Positions 1 to 18,869 of a stretch of DNA of 64,000 bases are shown here, in pieces. The notes beneath the pieces were generated by a model. The model was not told the DNA's origin. It made no database searches and was given only the letters and a program-made list of their open reading frames with translations. Position 1 is the first letter of the stretch. The number at the start of each line of letters is the position of its first letter. Position numbers and translations under genes: made by a program. Source of the DNA: Escherichia coli (lineage in GTDB: Bacteria > Pseudomonadota > Gammaproteobacteria > Enterobacterales > Enterobacteriaceae); NCBI RefSeq assembly GCF_044324785.1, contig NZ_CP172127.1. One strand, written 5' to 3'.

Positions 1-642
1 CCAGGGGGAAGGCGGTGTGGTGCCAGCCAGCAACGCATTTTTACAAGGTCTGCGTGAATTGTGTGACCGCCACAATGCGCTGTTGATTTTTGATGAAGTA
101 CAAACCGGCGTCGGACGCACCGGGGAACTGTATGCCTATATGCACTACGGCGTGACGCCCGATCTGTTAACTACCGCCAAAGCGCTGGGCGGCGGTTTCC
201 CGGTCGGTGCGTTGTTGGCAACCGAAGAGTGCGCCAGTGTGATGACCGTTGGCACTCATGGCACCACCTATGGTGGTAATCCGCTAGCCTCGGCGGTAGC
301 AGGCAAAGTGCTGGATCTCATTAACACGCCAGAGATGCTTAATGGCGTTAAACAGCGTCACGACTGGTTTGTTGAGCGCCTTAATACCATTAATCACCGC
401 TACGGTTTGTTCAGTGAAGTTCGCGGCTTAGGTTTGTTGATTGGCTGTGTACTGAATGCCGATTACGCCGGGCAAGCGAAACAGATCTCTCAGGAAGCGG
501 CGAAAGCAGGCGTGATGGTACTGATTGCGGGTGGCAACGTGGTGCGTTTTGCGCCTGCGCTCAATGTCAGCGAAGAAGAGGTGACGACCGGACTGGATCG
601 CTTTGCAGCTGCTTGCGAACACTTTGTGAGCGGAGGTTCATC

Positions 643-646
<4 letters not shown>
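1..646 (+). CDS. astC: succinylornithine transaminase AstC, C-terminal portion (5' end lies outside window)
   Basis: ORF track 17..646 translation matches the C-terminus of E. coli AstC/ArgD-family aminotransferase; stop TGA 644-646; frame continues to window edge. Confidence 0.93.
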
Positions 647-5453
<4,807 letters not shown>

Positions 5454-5459
5454 TACTTA

Positions 5460-5481
5460 CCCGCAGAAATCATTCTGCGGG
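5460..5481 (+). terminator. hairpin downstream of astE (cccgcagaa/ttctgcggg), probable ast operon terminator
   Basis: Inverted repeat read directly 7 nt after astE stop, followed by T-rich tract. Confidence 0.45.
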
Positions 5482-5639
5482 TATTAAGTTACTTTCTTAT
5501 AAATTAATACAGATTAATCCTGGTTATTTGCTTTATTTATCACCAGTCATCCGGTATAGTTCTTCATAATCTCTGCAAAATCATCGTGTTGTAATATTCT
5601 CTCATTACTCTCCATCAAATTTTCTTTTTTTCTCCATAA

Positions 5640-5782
5640 TTGGCGCAAAAGTGTTTTTTACACTTTCATTGTTTTACCGTTGCTCTGATTAATTGACGCT
5701 AAAGTCAGTAAAGTTAATCTCGTCAACACGGCACGCTACTTAAGAAAGCCGTAATAAATAACTGAAAGGAAGGATATAGAAT
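5640..5782 (+). promoter_or_regulatory. spy promoter/leader region (envelope-stress controlled, CpxR/BaeR in E. coli); exact sites not resolved
   Basis: 329-bp AT-rich non-coding gap upstream of spy with GTAAA-type motifs; promoter placement is from established knowledge, not mapped here. Confidence 0.35.
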
Positions 5783-6268
5783 ATGCGTAAATTAACTGCA
5801 CTGTTTGTTGCCTCTACCCTGGCTCTTGGCGCGGCTAACCTGGCCCATGCCGCAGACACCACTACCGCAGCACCGGCTGACGCGAAGCCGATGATGCACC
5901 ACAAAGGCAAGTTCGGTCCGCATCAGGACATGATGTTCAAAGACTTGAACCTGACCGACGCGCAGAAACAGCAGATCCGCGAAATCATGAAAGGCCAGCG
6001 TGACCAGATGAAACGTCCGCCGCTGGAAGAACGCCGCGCAATGCATGACATCATTGCCAGCGATACCTTCGATAAAGCAAAAGCTGAAGCGCAGATCGCA
6101 AAAATGGAAGAACAGCGCAAAGCTAACATGCTGGCGCACATGGAAACCCAGAACAAAATTTACAACATCCTGACGCCGGAACAGAAAAAGCAATTTAATG
6201 CTAATTTTGAGAAGCGTCTGACAGAACGTCCAGCGGCAAAAGGTAAAATGCCTGCAACTGCTGAATAA
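5783..6268 (+). CDS. spy: periplasmic ATP-independent chaperone Spy
   Basis: ORF 5783..6268, 161 aa, signal peptide MRKLTALFVASTLALGAANLAHA followed by the helical Spy/CpxP-family sequence. Confidence 0.96.
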   Translation: MRKLTALFVASTLALGAANLAHAADTTTAAPADAKPMMHHKGKFGPHQDMMFKDLNLTDAQKQQIREIMKGQRDQMKRPPLEERRAMHDIIASDTFDKAKAEAQIAKMEEQRKANMLAHMETQNKIYNILTPEQKKQFNANFEKRLTERPAAKGKMPATAE

Positions 6269-6291
6269 TCTTTCAGCCAAAAAACTTAAGA

Positions 6292-6352
6292 CCGCCGGTC
6301 TTGTCCACTACCTTGCAGTAATGCGGTGGACAGGATCGGCGGTTTTCTTTTC
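6292..6352 (+). terminator. long imperfect stem-loop plus T-run; spy intrinsic terminator
   Basis: ccgccggtcttgtccac ... gtggacaggatcggcgg followed by ttttcttttctc. Confidence 0.6.
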
Positions 6353-6392
6353 TCTTCTCAAACAGTTGTAAAAAAAGCCTGATCACCACTAA

Positions 6393-7893
<1,501 letters not shown>

Positions 7894-8043
7894 TGTTGAC
7901 TCCGAATGCTGGTTATCTATCCAGTGTAACAGGCGGGGAGCGATTAAAAAAGAGGCGGGTTGATGACAAAGGTTACACCGTCTGACGTGCTACGCCTGTC
8001 AGGCCTATTCGACTCCTGCAATGTATTGAATTTGCATAGTTTT

Positions 8044-8077
8044 GTAGGTCGAATAAGGCGTTCACGCCGCATCCGGC
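8044..8077. repeat. REP (repetitive extragenic palindromic) element
   Basis: gtaggtcgaataaggcgttcacgccgcatccggc is the reverse complement of the canonical E. coli REP GCCGGATGCGGCGTGAACGCCTTATCCGACCTAC; lies in the cho-nadE intergenic gap. Confidence 0.7.
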
Positions 8078-8122
8078 GTGAACAAATTACTCTTTTTCGC
8101 ACAATCCAATAGGTGCAAATTA

Positions 8123-8950
8123 TTACTTTTTCCAGAAATCATCGAAAACGGTAATTGGCGGACGGCGTTTATGTTCGGTTTTCAGATACCAGTTCTCTAT
8201 TGTTCTGGCGACCTGTTCAGGTACGTTTTTCCCTTCCAGATAGTCGTCGATATTGTCATAGGTCACGCCGAGTGCCACTTCATCTGGCAGAGAAGGGCGA
8301 TCATCTTCCAGATCGGCCGTTGGCGCTTTCTTATAAAGGTGTTCCGGGCAACCTAATGCCGCCAGTAACTGTTTACCCTGACGTTTGTTGAGACGATACA
8401 GCGGATTAATGTCCGTACCGCCGTCACCATATTTAGTGAAGAATCCGGTAATGGCTTCTGCTGCATGATCGGTGCCCACCACGACACCGCTGGTCATACC
8501 CGCAATGCTATATTGTGCTTTCATCCGCTCACGCGCTTTTTCATTGCCACGGACAAAATCGCTCAGTTCAATGCCTGCTTCCCGCAATGCCTGCTCGCTA
8601 GCCAATACCGCGCCCTTGATATTAACGGTTAATACGCGATCCGGTTGAATAAAGGCAATGGCATCCTGGCAATCTTGTTCGTCGGCCTGAACACCATAGG
8701 GCAGGCGTACGGCAATAAATTGCAGTGATTCGTTGCCGGTTTCCTGGCGCAGCTCATTAATCGCCATCTGGCACAGCTTTCCGGCAAGCGTGGAGTCCTG
8801 ACCGCCGCTGATCCCGAGCACCAGTGATTTAATGAACGGATAAGTTTGCAGGTAGCTTTTCAGAAAATCGACACTACGACGAATTTCCTCTTCAGCATTA
8901 ATCTGCGGTTTTGCGCCCAGCGCCTTTATTATTTGTTGTTGCAATGTCAT
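8123..8950 (-). CDS. nadE: NH3-dependent NAD+ synthetase NadE
   Basis: ORF 8123..8950, 275 aa, [31 protein letters not shown]..., PP-loop SGGQDS. Confidence 0.97.
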
Positions 8951-9151
8951 TGAACCCCTCCAGACAGAAAAGACAAAACTTCCTTAAAGCTAACCCGTTG
9001 CTACTGAAACGACAAGCGACAGCGGGCTGAATGGTGGTTAAAACGTCATACAGGAATCCTCTGAAAGCGGAGCCGTTTCGTTCACGGGCTTGAAAAAGCG
9101 CCCAATGTATTCCAGGCTTATCTAACACGCTGATAAACAAGAGGACGGAAT

Positions 9152-9490
9152 ATGAACAAGAATATGGCAGGAATTCTGAGTGCAGCGGCGGTATTAACCA
9201 TGCTGGCGGGTTGTACGGCTTATGATCGTACCAAAGACCAGTTTGTACAGCCTGTGGTGAAAGACGTCAAAAAAGGCATGAGCCGGGCGCAGGTTGCACA
9301 AATTGCGGGTAAACCTTCGTCTGAAGTGAGCATGATCCATGCTCGCGGTACTTGCCAGACCTACATCCTGGGTCAACGTGATGGTAAAGCAGAAACCTAC
9401 TTTGTCGCGTTAGATGATACCGGACATGTCATCAACTCCGGTTATCAGACCTGTGCTGAATACGACACTGATCCACAGGCTGCGAAGTAA
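9152..9490 (+). CDS. osmE: osmotically inducible lipoprotein OsmE
   Basis: ORF 9152..9490, 112 aa; lipobox LAGC at the signal peptide end. Confidence 0.95.
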
Positions 9491-9521
9491 TCACTTCGTC
9501 TGAAAGCTTGAGTAACAACGG

Positions 9522-9550
9522 AAACCGGCCATTGTGCCGGTTTTTTTTGG
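9522..9550 (+). terminator. osmE intrinsic terminator
   Basis: aaaccggccattgtgccggttttttttgg: GC stem followed by T8. Confidence 0.75.
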
Positions 9551-9585
9551 CCTGAGTTCTTAATTATCTTCGCGAATTATTTGCC

Positions 9586-9611
9586 CGAAATGTGAAGAGG
9601 GTCATAACCGC
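9586..9611 (+). promoter_or_regulatory. CRP-like binding site in chbB upstream region
   Basis: TGTGA-agaggg-TCATA (9591..9606) matches the TGTGA-N6-TCACA consensus; the chb operon is known to be CRP/NagC/ChbR controlled. Confidence 0.4.
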
Positions 9612-9788
9612 AGGTCAAGGAGAGACAATTTATAAGGTCAAAGAAATACTATTGCTCAGGTCTATACCGTATACTCCTTTCAGCCACAAAAAAAGTCATG
9701 TTGGTTTCGCAAGTTACCCAGAGCATGGAAGCAGGTTAAGGCTTGCGGAGTGTCTGGCTGACAGATAATCGTCGATGAGGGCAGTTTT

Positions 9789-10109
9789 ATGGAAAAGAAA
9801 CACATTTATCTGTTTTGTTCTGCGGGCATGTCTACCTCTTTACTGGTATCAAAAATGCGCGCACAGGCAGAAAAATATGAAGTTCCGGTCATTATTGAAG
9901 CATTTCCGGAAACACTGGCTGGTGAAAAAGGTCAGAATGCCGATGTCGTGTTATTAGGGCCGCAGATTGCTTATATGTTGCCCGAAATCCAGCGTTTGTT
10001 ACCCAACAAACCGGTTGAAGTAATTGACTCGCTGCTTTATGGCAAAGTCGATGGTTTAGGCGTGCTTAAGGCTGCGGTTGCAGCGATTAAAAAAGCCGCA
10101 GCAAATTAA
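9789..10109 (+). CDS. chbB: PTS chitobiose transporter subunit IIB
   Basis: ORF 9789..10109, 106 aa, [26 protein letters not shown]... Confidence 0.96.
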   Translation: MEKKHIYLFCSAGMSTSLLVSKMRAQAEKYEVPVIIEAFPETLAGEKGQNADVVLLGPQIAYMLPEIQRLLPNKPVEVIDSLLYGKVDGLGVLKAAVAAIKKAAAN

Positions 10110-10193
10110 TTTATTTTAAATTTTCCCGTCAAAGAGTTATTTCATAAATCAATACCGCAATATTTAAATTGCGGTTTTTAAGGGTATTTTTCT

Positions 10194-11552
10194 ATGAGTA
10201 ATGTTATTGCATCGCTTGAAAAGGTACTCCTCCCTTTTGCAGTTAAAATAGGAAAGCAGCCACACGTTAATGCAATCAAAAATGGCTTTATTCGCTTAAT
10301 GCCGTTAACCCTTGCGGGGGCCATGTTTGTATTAATTAACAACGTTTTTCTAAGCTTTGGGGAGGGGTCGTTTTTTTATTCCTTAGGTATTCGCCTCGAC
10401 GCCTCAACCATTGAAACACTTAATGGTCTGAAAGGTATTGGCGGCAACGTATATAACGGAACATTAGGGATAATGTCTTTAATGGCACCGTTCTTTATTG
10501 GCATGGCGCTGGCAGAAGAGCGTAAAGTCGATGCGCTGGCGGCTGGGTTGTTATCCGTTGCAGCATTTATGACCGTCACCCCATATAGTGTCGGTGAGGC
10601 CTATGCGGTTGGCGCAAACTGGTTAGGTGGGGCGAATATCATCTCCGGGATTATTATTGGCCTGGTGGTGGCAGAAATGTTTACCTTTATTGTCCGCCGC
10701 AATTGGGTCATTAAACTGCCCGACAGCGTACCTGCTTCAGTATCGCGTTCCTTCTCGGCATTAATTCCCGGCTTTATTATTCTTTCCGTGATGGGGATTA
10801 TTGCCTGGGCGTTGAATACCTGGGGTACCAACTTCCATCAGATCATTATGGATACCATCTCAACCCCACTGGCATCGTTGGGTAGCGTGGTGGGCTGGGC
10901 CTATGTGATCTTTGTTCCACTGCTCTGGTTCTTCGGTATTCATGGCGCGCTGGCGCTGACCGCACTGGACAACGGCATTATGACGCCGTGGGCGCTGGAA
11001 AATATCGCGACCTATCAGCAATATGGTTCCGTCGAAGCGGCGCTAGCAGCCGGTAAGACCTTCCATATCTGGGCCAAGCCGATGCTGGACTCCTTTATTT
11101 TCCTTGGGGGCAGTGGTGCGACTTTAGGCCTGATCCTGGCTATCTTTATCGCCTCTCGCCGTGCTGATTATCGTCAGGTGGCAAAACTGGCGCTGCCGTC
11201 CGGCATCTTCCAGATTAACGAACCGATTCTGTTTGGTCTGCCAATTATCATGAACCCGGTGATGTTTATCCCGTTTGTACTGGTACAACCGATTCTGGCG
11301 GCAATCACCCTCGCAGCGTACTACATGGGCATTATTCCTCCGGTGACCAATATTGCACCGTGGACCATGCCAACCGGTCTGGGAGCCTTCTTTAATACCA
11401 ACGGTAGCGTCGCCGCATTGCTAGTCGCACTCTTCAACCTTGGCATCGCAACGTTAATTTATCTGCCCTTTGTTGTGGTCGCTAACAAAGCACAAAACGC
11501 GATTGATAAAGAAGAGAGCGAAGAAGATATCGCTAACGCCCTGAAATTTTAA
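10194..11552 (+). CDS. chbC: PTS chitobiose transporter subunit IIC
   Basis: ORF 10194..11552, 452 aa polytopic membrane protein. Confidence 0.96.
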
Positions 11553-11602
11553 TCGATGCCGGTACGGGTAATCGTGCCGGTAAGAATAGAGAGGAACGAT
11601 GT

Positions 11603-11953
11603 ATGATGGATCTCGATAACATTCCCGATACGCAAACGGAAGCTGAAGAGCTGGAAGAAGTGGTGATGGGGCTTATCATCAACTCCGGACAAGCGCGCAG
11701 CCTGGCGTATGCGGCACTGAAACAGGCGAAGCAGGGCGATTTTGCCGCAGCAAAAGCCATGATGGATCAGTCACGGATGGCATTGAATGAAGCGCATCTG
11801 GTACAGACGAAACTGATTGAAGGTGATGCGGGTGAAGGTAAGATGAAAGTGAGTCTGGTGCTGGTCCACGCTCAGGATCATTTAATGACGTCCATGCTTG
11901 CGCGTGAACTGATTACTGAATTAATTGAGCTTCATGAAAAACTAAAGGCATAA
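11603..11953 (+). CDS. chbA: PTS chitobiose transporter subunit IIA
   Basis: ORF 11603..11953, 116 aa. Confidence 0.95.
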   Translation: MMDLDNIPDTQTEAEELEEVVMGLIINSGQARSLAYAALKQAKQGDFAAAKAMMDQSRMALNEAHLVQTKLIEGDAGEGKMKVSLVLVHAQDHLMTSMLARELITELIELHEKLKA

Positions 11954-11960
11954 GGAGTCG

Positions 11961-12803
11961 ATGATGCAGCCAGTGATTAACGCGCCGGAAATTGCCACTG
12001 CCCGAGAACAGCAGTTGTTTAATGGCAAAAACTTCCATGTGTTTATCTATAACAAAACTGAGAGTATCAGCGGACTGCATCAGCACGACTATTATGAATT
12101 TACTCTGGTATTAACCGGGCGTTATTTCCAGGAGATTAACGGTAAGCGCGTGTTACTGGAACGGGGCGATTTTGTTTTTATTCCGTTAGGTTCGCACCAT
12201 CAAAGTTTTTATGAGTTTGGTGCCACGCGTATATTGAACGTTGGGATCAGTAAACGCTTTTTTGAGCAGCATTACCTGCCGTTGTTGCCTTATTGCTTTG
12301 TCGCTTCGCAGGTATACCGGACCAATAACGCTTTTCTCACCTATGTGGAAACAGTGATTTCTTCATTGAATTTCCGCGAAACAGGGCTGGAAGAGTTTGT
12401 TGAGATGGTTACTTTTTATGTCATTAACCGTTTACGTCATTACCGCGAAGAACAGGTGATTGATGATGTACCGCAGTGGCTGAAAAGTACGGTAGAAAAG
12501 ATGCATGATAAAGAGCAGTTTAGTGAATCGGCGCTGGAGAATATGGTGACGTTGTCAGCCAAATCACAGGAATATTTGACGCGAGCGACTCAACGATATT
12601 ATGGCAAAACGCCAATGCAGATTATTAATGAAATCCGTATTAATTTTGCCAAAAAACAACTGGAAATGACCAACTATTCAGTGACGGATATTGCGTTTGA
12701 GGCCGGTTATAGTAGCCCGAGTTTGTTTATTAAAACGTTTAAGAAATTAACGTCCTTTACGCCTAAGAGCTATCGTAAGAAATTGACTGAATTTAATCAG
12801 TAA
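11961..12803 (+). CDS. chbR: AraC-family dual regulator ChbR
   Basis: ORF 11961..12803, 280 aa; C-terminal AraC-type helix-turn-helix. Confidence 0.95.
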   Translation: MMQPVINAPEIATAREQQLFNGKNFHVFIYNKTESISGLHQHDYYEFTLVLTGRYFQEINGKRVLLERGDFVFIPLGSHHQSFYEFGATRILNVGISKRFFEQHYLPLLPYCFVASQVYRTNNAFLTYVETVISSLNFRETGLEEFVEMVTFYVINRLRHYREEQVIDDVPQWLKSTVEKMHDKEQFSESALENMVTLSAKSQEYLTRATQRYYGKTPMQIINEIRINFAKKQLEMTNYSVTDIAFEAGYSSPSLFIKTFKKLTSFTPKSYRKKLTEFNQ

Positions 12804-12906
12804 GTCGTTATACCTGACAATTCACATATCTGTCCTGTTGCTGGATTATTTATGTCCGGGGGGCAGATATGCCAGATATCAGTATTCTGTACTGAAGGGA
12901 GAAATT

Positions 12907-14259
12907 ATGAGCCAGAAATTAAAAGTCGTCACTATTGGTGGCGGGAGCAGCTATACCCCGGAGTTACTGGAAGGATTTATTAAGCGTTATCACGAATTGC
13001 CGGTCAGCGAATTATGGCTGGTGGATGTCGAAGGTGGTAAAGCTAAACTGGATATTATTTTTGATCTCTGCCAACGGATGATTGATAACGCTGGCGTCCC
13101 GATGAAGCTTTATAAAACGCTGGATCGCCGCGAAGCATTGAAAGATGCTGATTTCGTTACTACCCAACTGCGCGTAGGCCAATTACCGGCGCGCGAACTG
13201 GATGAACGTATTCCATTAAGTCATGGTTATCTTGGTCAGGAAACCAACGGCGCGGGCGGTCTGTTTAAAGGTCTGCGTACCATTCCGGTGATTTTTGACA
13301 TCGTAAAAGATGTCGAAGAACTTTGTCCGAATGCATGGGTGATTAACTTCACTAACCCGGCGGGAATGGTCACTGAAGCCGTTTATCGTCATACCGGATT
13401 TAAACGCTTTATCGGCGTGTGTAATATTCCGATCGGCATGAAGATGTTTATTCGCGATGTTCTGATGCTGAAAGACAGCGATGATTTATCTATCGATCTG
13501 TTCGGCCTCAACCATATGGTGTTCATTAAGGATGTGCTGGTAAATGGCAAATCTCGCTTTGCCGAATTACTTGATGGTGTGGCATCCGGGCAGTTAAAAG
13601 CATCTGGCGTTAAAAATATTTTCGATCTGCCATTTAGCGAAGGCTTAATTCGTTCTCTGAATCTGTTGCCGTGTTCTTATTTGCTTTATTACTTCAAGCA
13701 AAAAGAGATGCTGGCTATTGAAATGGGCGAATACTACAAAGGCGGCGCACGAGCGCAGGTAGTACAGAAAGTCGAGAAACAACTTTTTGAGCTGTATAAA
13801 AACCCGGAGTTGAAAGTTAAGCCGAAAGAACTGGAACAGCGCGGTGGGGCTTATTACTCTGATGCAGCGTGCGAAGTGATCAACGCTATCTACAACGACA
13901 AGCAAGCAGAACATTACGTTAATATCCCGCATCATGGGCAGATTGATAATCTTCCGGCAGACTGGGCGGTAGAAATGACCTGTAAGCTGGGGCGCGATGG
14001 CGCGACGCCACATCCGCGCATTACGCATTTCGATGATAAAGTAATGGGGCTGATTCACACCATTAAAGGCTTCGAGATTGCTGCCAGCAACGCCGCACTT
14101 AGCGGAGAATTTAACGATGTGTTACTGGCGCTAAACCTTAGTCCGTTGGTGCATTCCGATCGCGATGCTGAGCTGCTGGCACGCGAGATGATTCTGGCGC
14201 ACGAGAAATGGCTGCCAAATTTTGCCGACTGCATCGCAGAGCTTAAAAAAGCACATTAA
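12907..14259 (+). CDS. chbF: 6-phospho-beta-glucosidase ChbF (GH4 family)
   Basis: ORF 12838..14259; start set to ATG 12907 (MSQKLKVVTIGGGSSYTPELLEG..., 450 aa). Confidence 0.94.
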   Translation: MSQKLKVVTIGGGSSYTPELLEGFIKRYHELPVSELWLVDVEGGKAKLDIIFDLCQRMIDNAGVPMKLYKTLDRREALKDADFVTTQLRVGQLPARELDERIPLSHGYLGQETNGAGGLFKGLRTIPVIFDIVKDVEELCPNAWVINFTNPAGMVTEAVYRHTGFKRFIGVCNIPIGMKMFIRDVLMLKDSDDLSIDLFGLNHMVFIKDVLVNGKSRFAELLDGVASGQLKASGVKNIFDLPFSEGLIRSLNLLPCSYLLYYFKQKEMLAIEMGEYYKGGARAQVVQKVEKQLFELYKNPELKVKPKELEQRGGAYYSDAACEVINAIYNDKQAEHYVNIPHHGQIDNLPADWAVEMTCKLGRDGATPHPRITHFDDKVMGLIHTIKGFEIAASNAALSGEFNDVLLALNLSPLVHSDRDAELLAREMILAHEKWLPNFADCIAELKKAH

Positions 14260-15021
<762 letters not shown>

Positions 15022-15031
15022 GTAAGGTGGT

Positions 15032-15059
15032 AAGGTCACTCCCCAGGGGGCGTGACCTT
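15032..15059. terminator. bidirectional hairpin between convergent chbG and katE
   Basis: aaggtcactccccagggggcgtgacctt: perfect inverted repeat in the 46-bp gap between the two stop codons. Confidence 0.55.
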
Positions 15060-15067
15060 ATCCATAT

Positions 15068-17329
15068 TTACGCCGGGATTTTGTCAATCTTAGGAATGCG
15101 TGACCACACGCGGTGTGCTGCCATCAGCGTTAACAGTTCATCCATAAAACTACCATCGGCGCTGTCAGCTTCCACAATCCCTTCTTCACCCTGGTCAGCG
15201 ACCTTGATTGTTGCTTTAAACTTGCGCGCGTCTCCTGCCAGCGCAATCGGTTTAAGGTGTTTGTAGGCTTCCATCAGGTAGTAGTTGGCATCGCCGTTGT
15301 CAGCGATATCCGCGATATTGCCGCAAGGGACAATAACCGCATCGACCGTCAGCGAAGGCGCTCCGGCAAAGGTAGCAGCTATAGGCAGCACCGTACCGTC
15401 ATCCGCAGTCACTTCACCCATTCGGGAGTAGAGCAGTTTGGCATGAACGCCTTTGGCCTTCAGCGCCTTGAGAATGGTCAGAAGGTCTGCCGATCTCACT
15501 TCATCATTAAGCAAAATCGCTACCACGCGACCTTTCACATCACCGTCAGGAATGGCGTACAAACTTAAGGATGGATCCTTTTTCAGACCGTTGACGTCCG
15601 GAGGCGGGGAGATATTCAGCTGGTCGTCAGTCAGTTCGATACCGAGATTTTTCGCCACCGCCTGGGCCAGAGTGAGATCAATATGCGCCAGCTGGTCAAC
15701 AACGCGCTCACGAATATACGGCCGAACTACTTTGCTTAACTCAAAACTGAAACCATCGACAATATGGCGCTGCTCGAATGGCGTCTGACTTAGCCAGAAC
15801 AGACGCGGATGGGAATAATATTCGCCAAACGATGGACTGCGCTCGCGAACTTTATTGCCTTCCACGCGTTCCTGGTATGATTCAAAACCGCCACGTTTCG
15901 GCCCCGGCGGTGTTTCGCGCGGCCAGTTATCGTTGATCGAGTTCGGTTCGTAATTCGCCGGGTTAGTGTCGATCCCCATACGATGCATGCCGTCACGCTG
16001 GAAATTATGGTAAGGGCAGGTCGGGCGGTTAATCGGAATCTCATGGAAATTTGGTCCGCCAAGACGACTGATTTGTGTATCGGTATAGGAGAACAAACGT
16101 CCCTGCAACAGGGGATCGTTGGTGAAGTCCAGACCAGGAACAATATGACCTGGATGGAATGCTGCTTGTTCGTTTTCGGCAAAGAAGTTATCCGGATTGC
16201 GATTGAGCACCATTTTGCCGACACGCTGAACGGGCACCAGTTCTTCCGGGATAAGTTTAGTTGGATCAAGAAGGTCGAAGTCGAACTTAAATTCATCTTC
16301 CTCAGGAATCAACTGGAAGCCCAGTTCGTATTCCGGAAAATCGCCTGCTTCTATCGCTTCCCACAACTCGCGGCGGTGGAAGTCCGGGTCACGTCCGGTT
16401 AGTTTTTGTGCTTCATCCCAAACGAGTGAGGCTTTACCTGCCAGTGGTTTCCAGTGGAAACGTACGAACGTTGCCTTCCCTTCGGCATTAATCAGGCGGA
16501 AGGTGTGAATACCGAAGCCTTCCATGGTGCGGTAACTGCGCGGGATCCCGCGATCCGACATCGCCCACATCACGTTGTGCAGAGTTTCAGGTTGCAGAGA
16601 AACATAATCCCAGAAAGTATCGTGGGCGCTTTGCCCTTGTGGAATTGCCCAGTGTGGTTCTGGTTTTACCGCATGCACAAAATCGGGGAATTTATGCGCA
16701 TCCTGGATAAAGAAGATTGGCGTGTTATTGCCAACGAGGTCAAAAATACCCTCTTCAGTATAGAACTTGGTGGCAAAGCCACGGATATCACGCACGGTAT
16801 CGGCAGAGCCAGCACCACCCTGAACGGTAGAGAAACGTACAAATACTGGGGTGATTTTATTCGGATCTGAGAGGAAATCCGCTTTGGTGATATCGCTTAA
16901 GCTTTTATATGGCTGGAAATAACCGTGAGCGGCTGATCCGCGTGCATGAACAATACGTTCCGGGATGCGCTCATGGTCAAAGTGAGTGATTTTCTCGCGC
17001 AGAATAAAATCTTCCAGCAGCGTTGGACCACGGCTACCGGCACGCAGTGAGTTTTGATCATCGGCGATGCGCACGCCCTGATTAGTGGTCAGCGCAAAAT
17101 TTTCACTGCCTTTGCGTACGTCTTCCAGAGAATTAAGTTTTTCGTTACGCGTATCAGGGGCTTTCAGGCTCCCAGGGGCGGTAGGTTGTGCACCTGGCGG
17201 TGTTGGTTCAGCCGCTGGACGATGAGATCCGTCCTCAGGTGCCAGTGAGTCCATCCCCGGTTTCGCTTCGTTGGAATCGTGTAGTGGTGACTGGTGCTGA
17301 TGTGGGTTCTTTTCGTTATGTTGCGACAT
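15068..17329 (-). CDS. katE: catalase HPII
   Basis: ORF 15068..17329, 753 aa, [38 protein letters not shown]... and catalase core. Confidence 0.97.
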   Translation of the reverse strand: MSQHNEKNPHQHQSPLHDSNEAKPGMDSLAPEDGSHRPAAEPTPPGAQPTAPGSLKAPDTRNEKLNSLEDVRKGSENFALTTNQGVRIADDQNSLRAGSRGPTLLEDFILREKITHFDHERIPERIVHARGSAAHGYFQPYKSLSDITKADFLSDPNKITPVFVRFSTVQGGAGSADTVRDIRGFATKFYTEEGIFDLVGNNTPIFFIQDAHKFPDFVHAVKPEPHWAIPQGQSAHDTFWDYVSLQPETLHNVMWAMSDRGIPRSYRTMEGFGIHTFRLINAEGKATFVRFHWKPLAGKASLVWDEAQKLTGRDPDFHRRELWEAIEAGDFPEYELGFQLIPEEDEFKFDFDLLDPTKLIPEELVPVQRVGKMVLNRNPDNFFAENEQAAFHPGHIVPGLDFTNDPLLQGRLFSYTDTQISRLGGPNFHEIPINRPTCPYHNFQRDGMHRMGIDTNPANYEPNSINDNWPRETPPGPKRGGFESYQERVEGNKVRERSPSFGEYYSHPRLFWLSQTPFEQRHIVDGFSFELSKVVRPYIRERVVDQLAHIDLTLAQAVAKNLGIELTDDQLNISPPPDVNGLKKDPSLSLYAIPDGDVKGRVVAILLNDEVRSADLLTILKALKAKGVHAKLLYSRMGEVTADDGTVLPIAATFAGAPSLTVDAVIVPCGNIADIADNGDANYYLMEAYKHLKPIALAGDARKFKATIKVADQGEEGIVEADSADGSFMDELLTLMAAHRVWSRIPKIDKIPA

Positions 17330-17511
17330 TGAACTCGTCTCCTTAACTTATTACTGAAAGGGCCGCTGTTTTGGTCAAAAAACCCTCTAAATATAGACCA
17401 TCAGCCAGATCCCGCTTCGGAGACTATTCTGGAAACGGTGTTATGAAATACACGCAAAGCGGGACGTACAGGGGCTAAATCGGCTAAACTACAGTTTTTC
17501 TGATTTTTAAT

Positions 17512-17775
17512 ATGCGTTTAGTGAAGCCAGTAATGAAGAAACCGCTCCGTCAGCAAAACCGCCAGATTATTAGCTATATCCCACGCACGGAACCCGCGCC
17601 GCCAGAACATGCGATAAAGATGGATTCGTTTCGTGATGTCTGGATGCTGCGTGGCAAATATGTTGCGTTTGTACTGATGGGAGAGTCATTTCTGCGCTCA
17701 CCGGCGTTTACTGTGCCTGAATCCGCCCAGCGTTGGGCAAATCAGATCCGCCAGGAAGGGGAAGTGACTGAGTAA
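17512..17775 (+). CDS. cedA: cell division activator CedA
   Basis: ORF 17512..17775 (87 aa); the protein may instead start at the in-frame ATG 17533 (MKKPLRQQNRQ..., 80 aa); start uncertain. Confidence 0.85.
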   Translation: MRLVKPVMKKPLRQQNRQIISYIPRTEPAPPEHAIKMDSFRDVWMLRGKYVAFVLMGESFLRSPAFTVPESAQRWANQIRQEGEVTE

Positions 17776-18062
17776 GGCTTAGGTACCTCCCGGTTTGGCC
17801 GGGAGTTACATGACCTGAAATTCTGTATTTCGTTGCTACATTCATTCAATCCACCTGTAACAAAAAGCTGCCTTTGACGATCTATTGCTATAAATAAGTG
17901 ATCTTTTTTCTTTGATTGTTTATTTATTTTATAATAGTTAAGTTTAGCTAATCATAATGAGCTATTTTTGATAGTTCATCCTGTGGCGTTGTCATTAAAC
18001 TTATATTGTAAATTGCTTAGATTCAAATGAGATAATAATTTTGTTGAAATATGAGGTGGGAG

Positions 18063-18866
18063 ATGTTTTCTACAAACTTAATACAGAGTAATTATGGTAA
18101 TTTAAATATTAAAAACCTTGCCTTCGACTCTTTTAAAGAAAGACTGCAGTCTACCATGACAGCACTCACTTTCTTTATATCAACGGGTCAATGTGCCTGC
18201 GATGAAATAGCAGAATCAAACTTCAATTATATGATTGCCTATATGTCTAACATTAACTATGATGCCTCAAAGCCAGGAGCGCCAGCACTTAGTTTTGATA
18301 CGTATCTGCAGGACAATGTTAAATATAGAGTGATAATTAATAATCTTTATGGTAGTGAAATTAGAATAAGAGGTATTAATGAGAATTTTGTTGGGATGGA
18401 TTTTACCTGTGAATTCCGACCAGAAAAAATGACCAATTTGATCAATATAAAAAACAGGTTGGTTATTCACTATTTAAGAACGATATACTATGAACAAAAT
18501 TATATACATCCTGTTGGGAGCATTTTTGCTGCGATTCAAAAAAATGAGAGTCTCCTAAAGTTTCCTTCGGTAATATCAATGCTTAATGTCAATCTTCTTT
18601 TTAATCCACTGAATCTTCCGGGAATGGGAAGTGGTGTGCTTGAAGAGATTATGAGTATTTCAGATAGTTCACTTAGAAAACGTCTTGGGTATGAGGTTTT
18701 AAGCTTTTCGCTACAGGCACATTCATTGAGCCAGGAATGTATTGATAAGTTGGACATTTTTTTCGCTGACGATCTGTTTAAATATGAGTCAGTATGCATC
18801 GCCGCGATGGAACATTTAAAAAGTAAGGCAACGGCCCCTATACAAAACGAACCGTTGCCAGCATAA
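18063..18866 (+). CDS. ydjO: uncharacterised protein YdjO (no recognisable domain)
   Basis: ORF 18051..18866; start preferred at ATG 18063 (MFSTNLIQSNYGNLN...), which has a GGTGGGAG Shine-Dalgarno 5-8 nt upstream; strongly AT-rich ORF and upstream region. Confidence 0.85.
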   Translation: MFSTNLIQSNYGNLNIKNLAFDSFKERLQSTMTALTFFISTGQCACDEIAESNFNYMIAYMSNINYDASKPGAPALSFDTYLQDNVKYRVIINNLYGSEIRIRGINENFVGMDFTCEFRPEKMTNLINIKNRLVIHYLRTIYYEQNYIHPVGSIFAAIQKNESLLKFPSVISMLNVNLLFNPLNLPGMGSGVLEEIMSISDSSLRKRLGYEVLSFSLQAHSLSQECIDKLDIFFADDLFKYESVCIAAMEHLKSKATAPIQNEPLPA

Positions 18867-18869
18867 GAA

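Noticed and set aside
5792-6280. 162-aa minus-strand ORF
   Set aside because: Exactly antisense to spy; its Cys/Phe-rich translation looks like a mirror-frame artefact.
15790-16402. Two overlapping ORFs (168 aa minus, 139 aa plus) inside katE
   Set aside because: Embedded in the catalase coding region; katE identity is unambiguous and these frames have no start context.
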